64,000 nt of DNA, from assembly GCF_009914755.1 (NCBI RefSeq), contig NC_060946.1; one strand, given 5' to 3'. The DNA is from the human T2T-CHM13v2.0 reference genome, Homo sapiens. Of the stretch, positions 14,459 to 30,314 are shown one piece after another. The position numbers were made by a program, and so were the translations under genes. Within the stretch, counting starts at the first letter, position 1, and the number at the start of each line of letters is the position of its first letter. The notes beneath the pieces are model-generated. The model did not search any database, had not been told where the DNA came from, and saw nothing but the letters and a program-made list of their open reading frames with translations.

Positions 14459-17338
14459 TAAGTATTAGTATTTATATCGGTACGGATTCATGTATATTTA
14501 TTTTATACTTGCTTATAATCATATAGCCAATGCTGCTTCATTTATTTTGGTGCCCAAATTATTCCATCTTTGCCAGCTCCTCCAGTGGGCTCCTGTGTCT
14601 CTTTAACATTTTCTTACTTTCTGGCACTAGGAGATGCTCCTGGCTTATCTTGTATATTCCCTACCCCAGTCCTAGAATCAGCATTTCTCCAAGGAGTCCT
14701 TGTTTCTTTATTTGAGAAGGATATTAGGAACTCAGACTTCGGTATTCAGTGTGCTCATTTCCACTGGGGTATTATCACCTCCAGGACCTCTAAGCTGACG
14801 GGGATTGGTGATGAATTTTTAAATACAACACCTTGCTCTGGCAAGAATACAGAGCAACAGGTGTTCACATTCCTTGCTGGTGGGAATGCAAAATGGCACA
14901 GCCACTTGGGAAGACAGTTTGGCAGTTTCTTACAAAGCCAAACACAAGCTTACCATACCATCCAGCAATTGCCCTCCTGGGCACACTCAAGGGATTTGAA
15001 AACTTATGTCAATGTAAAAACCTGCATGCAACAATTTATAGCAGCATTATTGATAATTGTCAAAAACATGAAACAATAGGCAAATGGCTAAACTGTGGCA
15101 TGTCCTTACAATGGAATATTATTCAGCAATAGAAAGAAATGAATTATCAAGTTATAAAAAGACATGGTGAATGTCTTTGACATGGACAGAGCAAAGAGAT
15201 ATATTTGTATATACTGACCTATGTATATACGTATAGCTATAGGTAGCATCTGTATTTATTTTAACCTAAATATGAGTTCACACTGATGTCTACAACTCTA
15301 ATTCCTTTCCACATGAATCACTGTAGCTCCCTCCCTTTCCTTGCCTGTAATCTGACACTCTGACAGTAAGAAACTGGGCTCCCACTACCCACCATCCATC
15401 CACTACATTGTTGAGTTCCAGTTTTCTTGCATCGTGGTTTCAGAATTGTTACTCATGGTCTTGTGAGAAATGACTTTATCAACTAGAGCACAGTGCTTAT
15501 GTACAGTTTCTTGTGCCTTTAGTCTTATAGACTGCACTCATCTCCAAAGTTACTTACATCTGCACCTTCTCCCAGTCCCCTTCAGTGAGGTCACGTCACA
15601 CATTTGTAAGGCAGTTAAATTCTTTTGGCACATTCTGTATTCCTTTCTGGGATTCCACCACCTCTTACGTAGATTTTTAACATTTGCGTACATTAAGATT
15701 TACTCTTTGTGTGTAAAGTTTGATGCATTCTGACAAATGCTTAGTATCTCATGTTCACCATTAAGCTCTCATACAGAATAGTTTTACCATCTGAAGAATT
15801 ACCCTTTTCTTCACCTATTCAACCCCCTCACCTACATCTCAAACCCCTGGCAACCCCTGATCTAGTTAAGATTTCTATAGTTTTGCCTTTTTTTGAATGT
15901 CATATAATTGGAATCATTTAAGAGGCAACCTCTTCAGACTTGCTTCTTTTACTTAGCAATATGCATTTAAGATTCATCCATGTCTTTTTATAACTTGATA
16001 ACTCATTTCTTTGTATTGCTGAATAATATTACATTGTAAGGATGTGCCACAATTTAGCCATTCAACTATAGGTTCATGGGGTTTTTTTGACAGTTATGAA
16101 TAATCCTGCTATAAATAGTTGCATACAGGTTTTTGCATTGGCATAAGTTTTCAAATCCCTTGAGTGTACCTAGGAGAGCAATTGCTGAATAGTATGGTAA
16201 GCTTGTGTTTGGCTTCGTAAGAAACTGTCAAATTGTCTTGCAAAGTGGCTGTACCGTTTTGCATTCCCAGCAATGAATGCAAATCCCAGATTCACCAGCA
16301 ATGAATGTGAACACCTGTTGCTCTGTATTCTTGCTAGAGCAAGGTGTTGTATTAAAAACTTCATCACCAACCCCAAGATTATGTAGATTTTATTCTATGT
16401 TTTCTTCAAGAAGTTTTATAGTTTTCTATTTTCCAAGTAGATCTATGATATATTTTGATTTATTATTATACAAGGTCTAAGGTCTGTGTCTAAGTTCTTT
16501 TTTTTAACACGGGCATATTGCACATGCAATATGCATATGGTGTGTATTACTCTTTTGCTGTTGTTGAAAAGACTGCCCTTTATCTACCCTGTTCATGTTT
16601 CTTCATGTTTTTTTCATCTCTGTTCTGAAGTTTGAATAATTTTTATGGATCTTTTCTCATGGTCCCTGTCTTTTTTGTTTCTGTCATCTCTAATATATTG
16701 TGAAGCCCATCGAGTGAATTTTTCATCAAAATTATTGTACTTTTTAGTTCTAGAATTTGCATTTTTAATAGTTTTTATTCTTCTGCTGAGTTTCCTACTT
16801 GTTCATTCATTAATACAATATCCTTTAGTTTCTCAAAGACTTTTTTTCTTTAATTCTTTGGACATATTTATAATGGTTATTTTAGAGTCTTTGTCTACTA
16901 AGCTCAATATCAGAGCCATCTCAAGTTTAGTTTCTATCGAATGCTTTTTTCCTTGACTGTCAATCACATGTTTCTGTTTCTTTTTGTTCCACGTGATTTT
17001 GTTCCAAGTGATTTTTTTTTATTGAGTGGTTGGCATTGTGTATAACCTATTGTAGAGATCCTGGATTTTGCTATCTTCCTCTAAAAAGTGTTTCTTATTT
17101 TATCAGGCAGTTAAATTACTAGCTGACCACTTTGAACTTATATAGGCTTGTCTTCACACTTTGGTCGTGTGGATGGTAGAAAGACTATGTGTTTCCTTGA
17201 CCCCTTTGGTTTGGCAGGAGTTCTCTCTTAATTCTGTTTTCCCTGCAGATCTTTTCAAAAAGCCCCTTAGGTTTTGCTGGGGGAGGTTTAGTATAAATAA
17301 GTATACTAGGCTGTTGTCCTTACTCCTAAGGCATAGCC

Positions 17339-17595
17339 TTTTTTTTCTAACATTAGAATAACATTTATTATGATGCCGACTTGCTATACTATTTATGTTT
17401 TTTAAAATTTTTTTATTTCTGTAGGTTATTGGGGAACAGGTGGTGTTTGGTGACATGAGTCAGTTCTTTAGTGGCGATTTGTGAGATTTTGCATCACCTG
17501 AGCTGTATACACTGCACCCAATTTATAGTCTTTTATCCCTCACCCCCTTCCCATCCCTTCCCCTCTGAGTCTCCAAAGTCCATTGTGTCATTCTT
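17339..17595 (-). mobile_element. 5'-truncated L1PB-type 3' end with a 3' transduction
   Basis: Minus strand reads AAGAATGACACAATGGACTTTGG...CCAAACACCACCTGTTCCCCAATAACCTACAGAAATAAAA; TSD AGGCATA(G/A)CCTT at 17329-17340 and 17596-17607. Confidence 0.85.
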
Positions 17596-18126
17596 AGGCA
17601 TAACCTTTTTAGGGTCTCAGCTGGATGCCAGGAGTGTTATCAAAGGTGTTAAGATTTCTCTACTCTGGCAAGGCTGGAATTTCAATATTCACCAGGAGCA
17701 TTCTCTCCCTAGCTCAGCTTAAACCTCTGGCGGTTCCATTTTGCTTTCAATCCCATAGTGTCTGCTCTCTGAAAGTCTTGGTCTTCTTTCTCTGAGCATG
17801 TACAGCTCATCCCTCCACGATGAACTCAACAGCAAACCCCCGCATTGACTCCTAGGGTTCCCTGTCAACACAGTTTCCACCTCTCTGATTGCCTGATTCT
17901 ATCTCAGCCACCCCTAATGCCTGTCTTGTCCGCTCACCATGGCCACTGAGCTGTGTTTGGACTCCAGGTCTCTGTGCTGTGGTCAGAAAATTCTGCCCAG
18001 ACAGGAGCTGGTCGTTGATTGCAGGCGCCTCTGCGGGCTTTCCTTCTCTCAGGCATTGCAGTCTTGCACTGCCTGCTGCCCACTGCTTCCAAGGAGTTGC
18101 CTCGTGCACTTAATTTAATTGCATAG

Positions 18127-18465
<339 letters not shown>

Positions 18466-19491
18466 TTAATTGCATAGTTGTTGACTTACAGAAGGGCCAG
18501 CTACTCTGCCTTGGCCAAATGTGGAAGTCCCAAGTGGCTTCATTTCTCACCCTTAACCATTCCCTGGCCTCTGGTTATGTGCAGAGGAACGCTCACATTC
18601 CTCATTCAGTCTTCAAGGCTCTGCATAATCCAGTCCCTGCTTACCTCTCAGACTTCGCCTTCCACTCCCCACTTTCATTCTCCTCCAGCCACAAAGGCCT
18701 TGCTTTTTTCTCTCGCATGCATCAAGCTCTTTCCTGCCTCTAGGACTTGGCACTTTTTCCCTCCGCCAGAACGTTCCGCCCCCAGGTCTCTGCCTGGCTG
18801 TTTCCTGCCAGCTATTAGGGTCTCCACTCCCCTCCCCATCCTCCTCAGGAAGTGCCTCTCCCACATCCTCATAACCGAGCTCACAGTCCTCACTGGTTTT
18901 CCCAGCACCAGTTTTCTTTCCAATGCCTGTGGCTCTCTCACTTGACCTTGCTCATGAGCAGGTTGATTTGTTTACTCTTAGTCTCCCTGAACAGAACGCC
19001 CTTCCTGTGAGGCAGAGGCAGGCCTGTCTTCTCCCCTGCAGCGTTCCCCAGGCCTGGTGCAGGGCCTGGCACACACTGGCCTTCAGTTGGCCCCTCCCAC
19101 CCCCTTGCGTCTGCTGGGCACCTGTAGGTACTTGGTCACCATCTCCTTCATGAAGAATCATTTTCCTTGAAAGAGCAGGTGGGGCTCCCTCCTGCACCCC
19201 TCGGCTACCTGTTGTGCGGCCCCCTTCCCTCAGCCTCCCCCTCCCTCCATGTTCTTGTTTTTTGTCCCTCCAGATGGAGCTAAACAACACTCTTTCCTGA
19301 ATGGACTGTGTCTATCAGAAGGTTTACTCCTGCTCCCACCCGTGGGCCCAGGATGGAGGAAACAAAGCAAGAGGCTCAGCTGTGGGGCCTGAAAGCTGGG
19401 AAGATGGAGAGCAGGAAGCAGGGGCTAGGGAGGGGTGTGGACAATCGAAGAGAACAAGGCCATGAGGTTGAAGCCGAGGCAGGCACTAAGT

Positions 19492-19683
19492 TCTCCTCCC
19501 CAAGGGTTCCAGGAGCTCCAGGCTGCCATCAGCCCTGGGAGGGCCCCAGGCACTTCGGACGGCCCGCCCTTCTCACCTACTCTCAGTGTCTGGGCTCAGC
19601 TGGAAGACTGGGCTTCACAGAGGCCAAGGGCGTGGGCTGGATTCTCTGGAGGCCGTTCACCTTCCCTTGGGTTTGTTGAGGGG
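19492..19683 (+). repeat. Copy A of a ~190 bp local direct duplication (copy B at 21040-21230)
   Basis: Hand alignment gives about 10 differences in ~190 bp. Confidence 0.95.
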
Positions 19684-19789
19684 ATTCAAGTGGGCCCCCT
19701 GGTGACAAGAGAGTCCGGGCGTGGGTGGGGAGCAGGCAGGGCTGGCACCAGTGGGCAGTGGGCAGCTCCTCATGCATCCAGCACCCATC

Positions 19790-19962
19790 CATGCTTGTTG
19801 ACCCTGGCTGCATGGAGAAATCGCTGGGGAGCTTTAAAAAATGTGTGTGCTGGTGTCCGCCCCCACCCCTGTCCAAGTACATAAATATCACTGGAGCCGC
19901 CTGGCAGCCGTACTTTGAAGAGCAGCCCAGGTGATTCTAGGGTGCTACCAGGGTTGCAAACC
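19790..19962. mobile_element. MER5A-like hAT DNA transposon remnant
   Basis: CCCTGGCTGCATGGAGAAATCGCTGGGGAGCTTTAAAAAA...CCCAGGTGATTCT...AGGGTTGCAAACC. Confidence 0.55.
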
Positions 19963-21039
19963 TGCCCAGAAGCTTCAGCAGGAGCACTTGCAGCCTCCTC
20001 TGCTCTGCACCCTGGGACCCTCTCCCCTGGGCTAGCAGGTACCTGGGTCCCCAGAGATGGCATGATTTGTAGCTGGTGGAGTTGTTCCTCTTTGCAGGCT
20101 TAATTAACTGTAAACTCCAAAGCAAGAGTGATGGCTTTCTTCTGACCGACAATTGTGCCTGTAATTGATATTTGTTTTCCTCTCTTCCCAGAGGCAGGAA
20201 ATAGAAATCTCACCTGCTATTAAGCTTGACCTTAGTCTAAGACCCTTCAGATCCAGGGGAAGACCCTGGGGACAGGGGTGGGGCCTCTCTCCATCTTTCT
20301 GCTCTGCTGTGCTCCTTCCAAGGGAGGGAGGGAAGCTCTGTGGACTCAGGTACCCTGGACTGGCTGACGGAACCCTGGGAAGTCTGCCCATCCTAAAAAT
20401 ATACCAGCTCTTCCTTAAGATGAAAATATGTGTCCCAAAAGCCAATCTCTAGAATGTTCTACAAAGCCAGTTCCTTCTGCAATGACCACCCCCAGGGCCT
20501 TTGTCTGGGAGGAGCGTGAGTTGATGGCACAGACGGCACGGGAGCAGTGGATGTCGGTTGGTTCTGGGTTCAAATGCCACCTCTGTTTCAGGAGGTCACA
20601 TTGCTCTCCGAGCCTCATTCCTCCTGTTGGGCGGTGATGGTGATGTTGTGATGATAACAGTGATCCCCATCTCGTGGGATGGAGAAGGATTACAGGAGAA
20701 AAGGGGTACCCAAGTGCTCCCCACACAGCTCAACAAATGCTGATGGCCACGGTGACCAGGGCAATCGCAATGGCCACTTACAGGCAACTTGGAGCTGGCC
20801 AGCCATCGTAGCTGAGCGGGCTACTCACCCAGGGATGAGGAGGGGGTCCCACTCCCCGGGGGAGACGTTGCTGGGTATGAGTCAAGCTCCCTGCCATGCT
20901 GCTGCACCTTCACACACACACTGTTCTCCTTATTTGCAGGCAGGAACTTTGGGCTAATTATAGAAGTGAGACAATGACCGGGCTGGCCTGTTCCGCACAG
21001 TGTAGGCTGTGGGAAACGCGCAGGCACCTGCCAGGTGTC

Positions 21040-21230
21040 TCTCCTCCCCAAGCGTTCCAGGAGCTCCAGGCTGCCATCATCCCTGGGAGGGCCCCAGGCA
21101 CTTTGGACGGCCCGCCCTTCTCACCTACTCTCAGTGTCTGGGCTCAGCTGGAAGACTGGGCTTCACGAGGCCAAGAGCATGGGCTGGATTCTCTGGAGGC
21201 CGCTCGCCTTCCCTTGTGTTTGTTGCGGGG
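21040..21230 (+). repeat. Copy B of the ~190 bp local direct duplication
   Basis: Aligns to 19492-19683. Confidence 0.95.
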
Positions 21231-21936
21231 GTCTCAGGTTACCCTTTTTTAAGAGGCCCTAGCTCTTCCCTAGCCAAGCCAAGAAAACCCTGCCCTCCTC
21301 GCTCCTGTCCTGGGGAATGTCCCTGGGGACACTGTCAAACGCTTTCCCACTGGGCCCCAACTGAGCCTTGGAATCCTTCTCAACACAGCCCCAGGCAGCC
21401 TCTGTCGATGGATGAAGGCTGGTGTTTGAGATGGAAGCCATTTGCCAGTTCTGCCTTAAACCTCACGACTCTGAAAACATCCCAGGGAAATGTTACTCAT
21501 GGTGTGAAGCAGCCTGCAGCTGTCCACAGGGGATCCCCTGGCAAAGGGTTGGGGAGACTCTCCTTCGGAGAAGGCTAGAGCTGGAACGGAGACAGAAGGG
21601 AATGGTGAGGAGGAAGGGCAATAGCATTTTCTTCCCTGAGACACTGGGGGGCTGCCTGGGCTCTTAACTCGCCTCTCTGCCCCCTCCCACCTTCTTCAAT
21701 CCCCTGCTTCTCTGCCCCAGAGTTGTGGGACCCTTTGAGGGAGGATGAACAGCAGAGGCCGAAGGCCTGGGTGCGTCCCAGCTCTGCCACCTGAGCTGCT
21801 GGGCTTAGCTTCTTGCTTAGCTTCTCTGTGCCTCTGTGCCTCAGTTTTCTCATCTGTACAATGGGAATAATATTTCCTGCCTCCAAGGACCATTGTGAAG
21901 CATAAATTTACTAAGATGCTATTTAATGGGTTATAG

Positions 21937-22264
<328 letters not shown>

Positions 22265-22478
22265 AGGACTCATCTTTTAACACTTCTGAAGCCAGGGAGC
22301 ACCTGACAATCAACGGCGTGTTGCAGTTTAATTGGTAGCGTTTGTTGTTCTCTCTTGGTGCTATGCAAAAATACAAGCATCTCCCCATTGGTGGCATCAT
22401 CAGTGGGTTGAGATACAGCATGTAAAGCCTTAGAGCCAGGCCTGGCACGTGGTACGCGCTGATAGTGCTTGCAGTTCA

Positions 22479-22875
<397 letters not shown>

Positions 22876-24403
22876 AAGAATCACTGAAATCAGAAGCTCC
22901 TGTTCTGGGGTATCCCAAGAGTGTGCTCAAGGGAAGAGCGTGCAGATTTGAGCTCTGGCAGGCGGTGAGGGCCCTTAGGCCGCGGTGCTCCCCAAGCCCT
23001 ACCCCCCACGGCCGCCCTGGTCAGTTCTGTGTCTATCTGTCCACCTCCACCCACCACACACCCGTGGTGCTTCCTGACACCGGACCATGCTCAATGTTCT
23101 CATCATTTTTCTTATAACAATAATATTTTTGTGCAAGATGATTTTTATGGATGGCGTAATATCCCGTCACATAAACGGTCTATGCTTTTCTTAACAGGCA
23201 CCCACAGCTGGTGGTTGAGGTTGATTCCAATTTCCCGTATCATCCAGAAGTGCCTTGTCCCTATGGCTCTGCACACATCGTCCATGATTCTTCAGGATAA
23301 AACCCTGAAGGGGAATTGCCGGAGAGAAATCATGGATTTTCAAAGCCTATCTTTGGTCCTCATTATTGATTTACAATCTAGGAATCATTATCCTCACTAA
23401 TTAGAAGCTCAGCTAAGCTATTTCTATTCCACCACCTGAAATAACTCTTATCCCCTGTAGCTTTGGCTTGCACCGCCTGGCTCCAGGTCTCCCAGAGGCC
23501 GGAGAAACCTTGGTGAAACCTGAAAAGTTCCCTTTGGCCTGACTTAATCTGGGGCTCTGCACTTTATGCGCAGTAAGAAGGATGGAGCCTTGGGAGCTTC
23601 CCCTTCTGCCGCTGGCAAAGCCGGTTACCCCCACACTGGATTTGTATGTATTTATTCTGGTCCGTTAGCAACGGCCAGTCTGGGCGTTTGCTTCTGGGGA
23701 AGCACCTTTTCAGCCCTAACTGTGCCTCTGCTTTTCTCCAGAGTTTTCTCTCCCAGTCGGAGTAGCTGACCCACCAGTCAGCAGACTGTTAATTCATTAT
23801 GCACAGGTACTGCAGCCTCTGTCAAAGAACGCAGAAAGGCAATTTTAGAAAAGAAATCCTGGTTTCTTGCTTGGTGGCTTTCATTGTGGGAGAAAGTGAC
23901 AGTTATGAATGACATCAGAGCTGTGCTGGAGCACTGGGCTGGGAGAGGAGGGGACTGATCTCGGCGCTCCAAGCAGGCGCTGGCTTTCTGGGTGGCAGGC
24001 CTAGGTTCACTTCTCTCCCCAATCCTACCCCCACCAGGGAAGAGGGTCCCGCTCCACGCGCCACTCAGGACCCAAGGGCCGAATGATCCGGGTGTGTGCG
24101 AGCCTCACTGGATCCTGGGAGGCCAGAAAAGCCCTTAGGAGTATTCAGAAATCCTTCCACTAAAAACCAGGAACCTAGGAGGCCCCGGAAGAGGAGGGAC
24201 CTGCCTGAGTTCACACAGCAAGACAGGTGAGGGCCTGGGGCTGGGACCCTCCTCTCAGGGGGCTAGGCTCTGTCCCCTTCGCCAACTGTCCCTTAGTCCC
24301 TGAGGTTTGGATGAGGGGCAGCATCTTAGGTTGGGTTCCCCAGAAACTGAGACGGGAATTTGGAGCAGGAGGCCATGGTGAGGAGGGGGCTCTTGGACTC
24401 TGC

Positions 24404-25066
<663 letters not shown>

Positions 25067-25894
25067 ATGCCTCTGCAGGAGAATGAAGAGAAGGAGGATT
25101 GGACAGAGGGAAAAGCTGGCCTCAGTGGGTCCTGCAGGAATTCCAGGGCTGGGGTGGCACTGCAGAGGCATCCCAAACAGAGGTAGGGGGCTGGGCCTTT
25201 GTCCCTCTGCATCAGCGGTCGAAGGTCAGTCGCTGGGCTGCTTGCTGGGAGGGGTGAGACCTTGAGAGGCAGCTCCCTGTGTCGTGGTGGGTGTCATTGT
25301 GGGTGCCCAGGGGGCAAGAGGCTCAGTAGCCCCAGGCCCATCTGAGCATCTGGGAGCCATTCGAGTTTGCCTGATAGAGAAGCTGACAACATTGTCTGCA
25401 TAAAAGTGGAAAGCTCCTATATGGCAAAGGAATGAAAACAAAGCAAAAAGACATATGTCAGAGGAAGAGAAAGCATTTTCCACACGCATAACAAAGGCTT
25501 AATAGCCTCCTTTTGTGGAGCGTGTGCTAGAAGACAGTAAGAAAAACACAAACCCACAGTAGAAAAAAGGGTAAAATATTGAAGGAGAAAACATAGAGAA
25601 AACATGTTCAACTTCACCAGCACTCAGAGAACTGTAAATTAAGGAAACACCACATTAGTTTTCACCCATCAGAGTGCCTGCAGTTAGAGTGATGGTGTTT
25701 GCTGTCGGGGATCTGGTACTGTCTGTGTTACTCGGATGGTGGATAAATAGGTTCTGCTTGTGGAGGGCCAGCACTATCAAGAGGGAAAATGCACACGCTC
25801 TTTCAAATGAGAAGGGCCACTGTTAGAGACCCTTCCGTGAATTACTCAACAGGCACACCAAGATAAATGTGCATTTTGTTTATAGCGTTATTCT

Positions 25895-26066
25895 GTTTTG
25901 TTTTGTTTTTTATTATTGAGACGGAGTCTTGCTCTGTCCACCCAGGCTCGAGCGCAGTGGTGTGATCTCGGCTCACTGCCACCAGGGTTCAAGTGATTCT
26001 CGTGCTTCAGCCTCCCAAGAAGCTGGGACTACAGGGGTGTGCCACCATGCCCGCCTGATTTTTGTA
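25895..26066 (-). mobile_element. Alu right-arm fragment
   Basis: GAGACGGAGTCTTGCTCTG...CCCGCCTGATTTTTGTA, with no left arm. Confidence 0.88.
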
Positions 26067-27397
26067 GCGGAAGTCACAGCATCATCTTGGATGGCTCCTT
26101 CCCCCTCCAACACATTTATGACTGGGTGGGTGGGGAGCAGGGTGTGGGGTAGGGTGAGTCCCACTCCCTGCCCAGGCTCACAGGCCCTTGCTTGCTCGGA
26201 CTGCAGTGGCCTCTGCAACACCCTCTCCTGGTCCCTGCAGCCAGTCGAGCTTCAGCCACCTGGCCTCCACTCCTGAGCCCTAAGCCAGGGTCCCGCTGCC
26301 CATGGAGGATGAAAGTGTCTTCCTCAGAAGACTCCCAGCTTCCCGAAGGCCGGCTCCATGCCAGGGAGTGGCCGCTCAAAAAGATGTATTGATTGAGTCC
26401 ATGAGAAAAAGAGAAACAGCCAGTGAAAAACAGCCGAAGGGCTTGAACCATGCCTCTCACAGAAGGGCTGATCTAAGAGGCCCATGCTAGTGTTCAACTC
26501 TGACATTCATAAGGGGGGGAAAGCCAGATGTGCTCCTACCAGCCCACCAGGAGGGCTAAAATCAAAAGGGCCCTCCTCTCCGGGCCAGGGATTCTCCATC
26601 CTCAGCCTACTTGTGCCAGACCGCTGACACCACGTGTCCTCTCCCACCCTGAGTATCTACATCTTCTTATTCACAGACTGTTCAAAGTCGGGTCCCAAGT
26701 TCCTTGCCTGGGACCATTCGACCTTCGGGTGAAATGTAGCAAGTGAAAGGCCTTTGGTGCATGGGGAACTGACTGTCCGTGCCACCCACAGCAAATGGGG
26801 AGCTACCTGCCCCAGGTCCCAGGCTGCCTGCCACATCCTAGTGGCCCAGGAGGTGGCCTTGTCAGCCCAGTGTCCCTGTAACCTCCTGGGGACTGGTCCA
26901 GGAGCTCCTAAGCTTCTGCTGGTTCCTAGAGCAGGAAGGAGAATTGCTCATTGCGGGAGAAGTCTCCCTGTTGAATTAGGGAAACATCTAAGAATTCCAT
27001 CCTGCCACCCCAGAACCAGGGAAATGTGAAAAACCAAGGTTTCAAATCTCTTCAACAGACTCTATCTGTGCAGACCACAGTACATTCACAATTAGGAAAT
27101 TTGAATAAACACTTTTCTCATTTGAAAATCTTCGAGCTTGGGTTCAAGCCTGCATGACGCTGGTGTGAGCCTGGTTGGAGGGAGTGGTTGGGTTGGTGAG
27201 TGACAGGGTTGGTGAGTGACAGGGTCCTCTCTTCCCACTGTGGCTCCCGCTGGGGACTCATGGAACTTCCACAGGGGACCATGGGGTGAGATGGGAACCT
27301 GACAAATACACTCCCCTCCCCAGTGAAGCTGCAGGGAAGCCACATGTGATGGAGCTTGGGGGTGAGGGGGTGGCCTCTGAGATGAGGGTGTGCATTA

Positions 27398-27709
<312 letters not shown>

Positions 27710-28165
27710 GCCCCCAGAGGAAGGGACTTAGCTGACACCAGGAGGTAAAGAGTGGGGAGGGGGTGGGGACTTTGTTTCCCAAGCAGAGGCCAATCCTGCC
27801 CTCACCCAGCACCTGCACAGCCCTCTTCCCATATAAGGACCCAGACTCCCTGTGTGCAGTAAAAGGGGAAAGAGAGGGTTCTGGGCCCCAGGGGTTGCGT
27901 GGGCTGAGTTTGGGAAACAGGGTGTGACCAGCAGAAGAAATACAAAAATCCATCCTCTTTCCTCATCAGGGAAATGAAAATGACAACCAGAGGCCACTTG
28001 TGCCTCCAGGATGAGAAAGGTTTTTTCTAACGGGACAGTAGGCAGGACTCACAAACAGGCAGCGAAACTAACCAGGTTGACGATGGCTGGAGAGGGTGCA
28101 GATAAGTACCATCTTTCAGAGCACGACTCAACACGGGTTTCAGGAGCATTAAAATCTTCACACCT

Positions 28166-28564
<399 letters not shown>

Positions 28565-28841
28565 TTAAAGTAACTGGAATGTATTCTCTTCCTGTTCTGG
28601 AGGTTAAAGTCCAAAATTAGTTTCCTGGAGCTAAGGTCAAGGTGTTAGCAGGACTGCTTCCTTCTGGAGGCTCCAGGAGAAAATCCATTTCCTTGCCTTT
28701 TTCAACTTTCATTTCTTTTTTTTTTTTTCATTTTTTACATATGTATTCTGTTTATGTTGCCTTTTTCACCTTTGAAAGGCCGCCTGCGTTCCTTGGTGTA
28801 CTGGGTTTGAATAGCACCCCTTCCTCAATTCAGGTCTACCT

Positions 28842-29579
<738 letters not shown>

Positions 29580-30314
29580 GCCAGGAACCTGAAAATGTGA
29601 CATTATTTGGAAATAGGGTCTTTGCAAGTTAATCAAGTGATCAAGTCAAAATGAGGTCATATTGACATAGGGTGGTCTCTAATCCAAAGACTAGCGACCT
29701 CATAAGAAAAGGGAAATTTAGAGAGAGACACAAGAAGGAGGAAGACCATGTGAGGGCAAAGTAGAGACTGGAGTGATGTGGCCACAAGCCACGGAATGCC
29801 CTGGGCCACCAGAAACTGGAAGAGGCAGGGAAGGATCCTCCCTAGAGCTTCGAGAAGGGTCATAGCCTTATTAATGCCTTGATTTTGGACTTCTGGCTTC
29901 AGATAGGCGAGATAATGAATTTTGTGGTTTTAAGTCCCCCAGTTGGGAACACTTCATTACAGGAGCCCCACGAAACCACTACACTTGGCCCATGGCCCCT
30001 TCCTCCATCTCCAAAGCTCATCACTCTGGTCTCTGCTTCTGTGAATGTGGCCTTCTCCTTCTCCTGCCTCCTGCCTCTTCCATTCCTCTTCTAAGGATGG
30101 TTGGAATGACAGGCCCAGCTATGAGGCCATGCTTTTGGCCCCTGACAGCTTCAGGAAATAGGTGGATGCCCTCCCCTCTACTCTACCTAAAATCTGCCCA
30201 CTAGGCAGAAGCAGGACATACCCTTGCTTTTGTGGCTATGGAGCTTTCTTTATTTTCCTGTCCTTGTCATCTGGTTCTTGGATGATGGGGAGAGCAGTGA
30301 GAAGGAGTCGCCTT

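Noticed and set aside
14570-15079. 169-aa ORF
   Set aside because: Chance read-through of fused degenerate L1 fragments.
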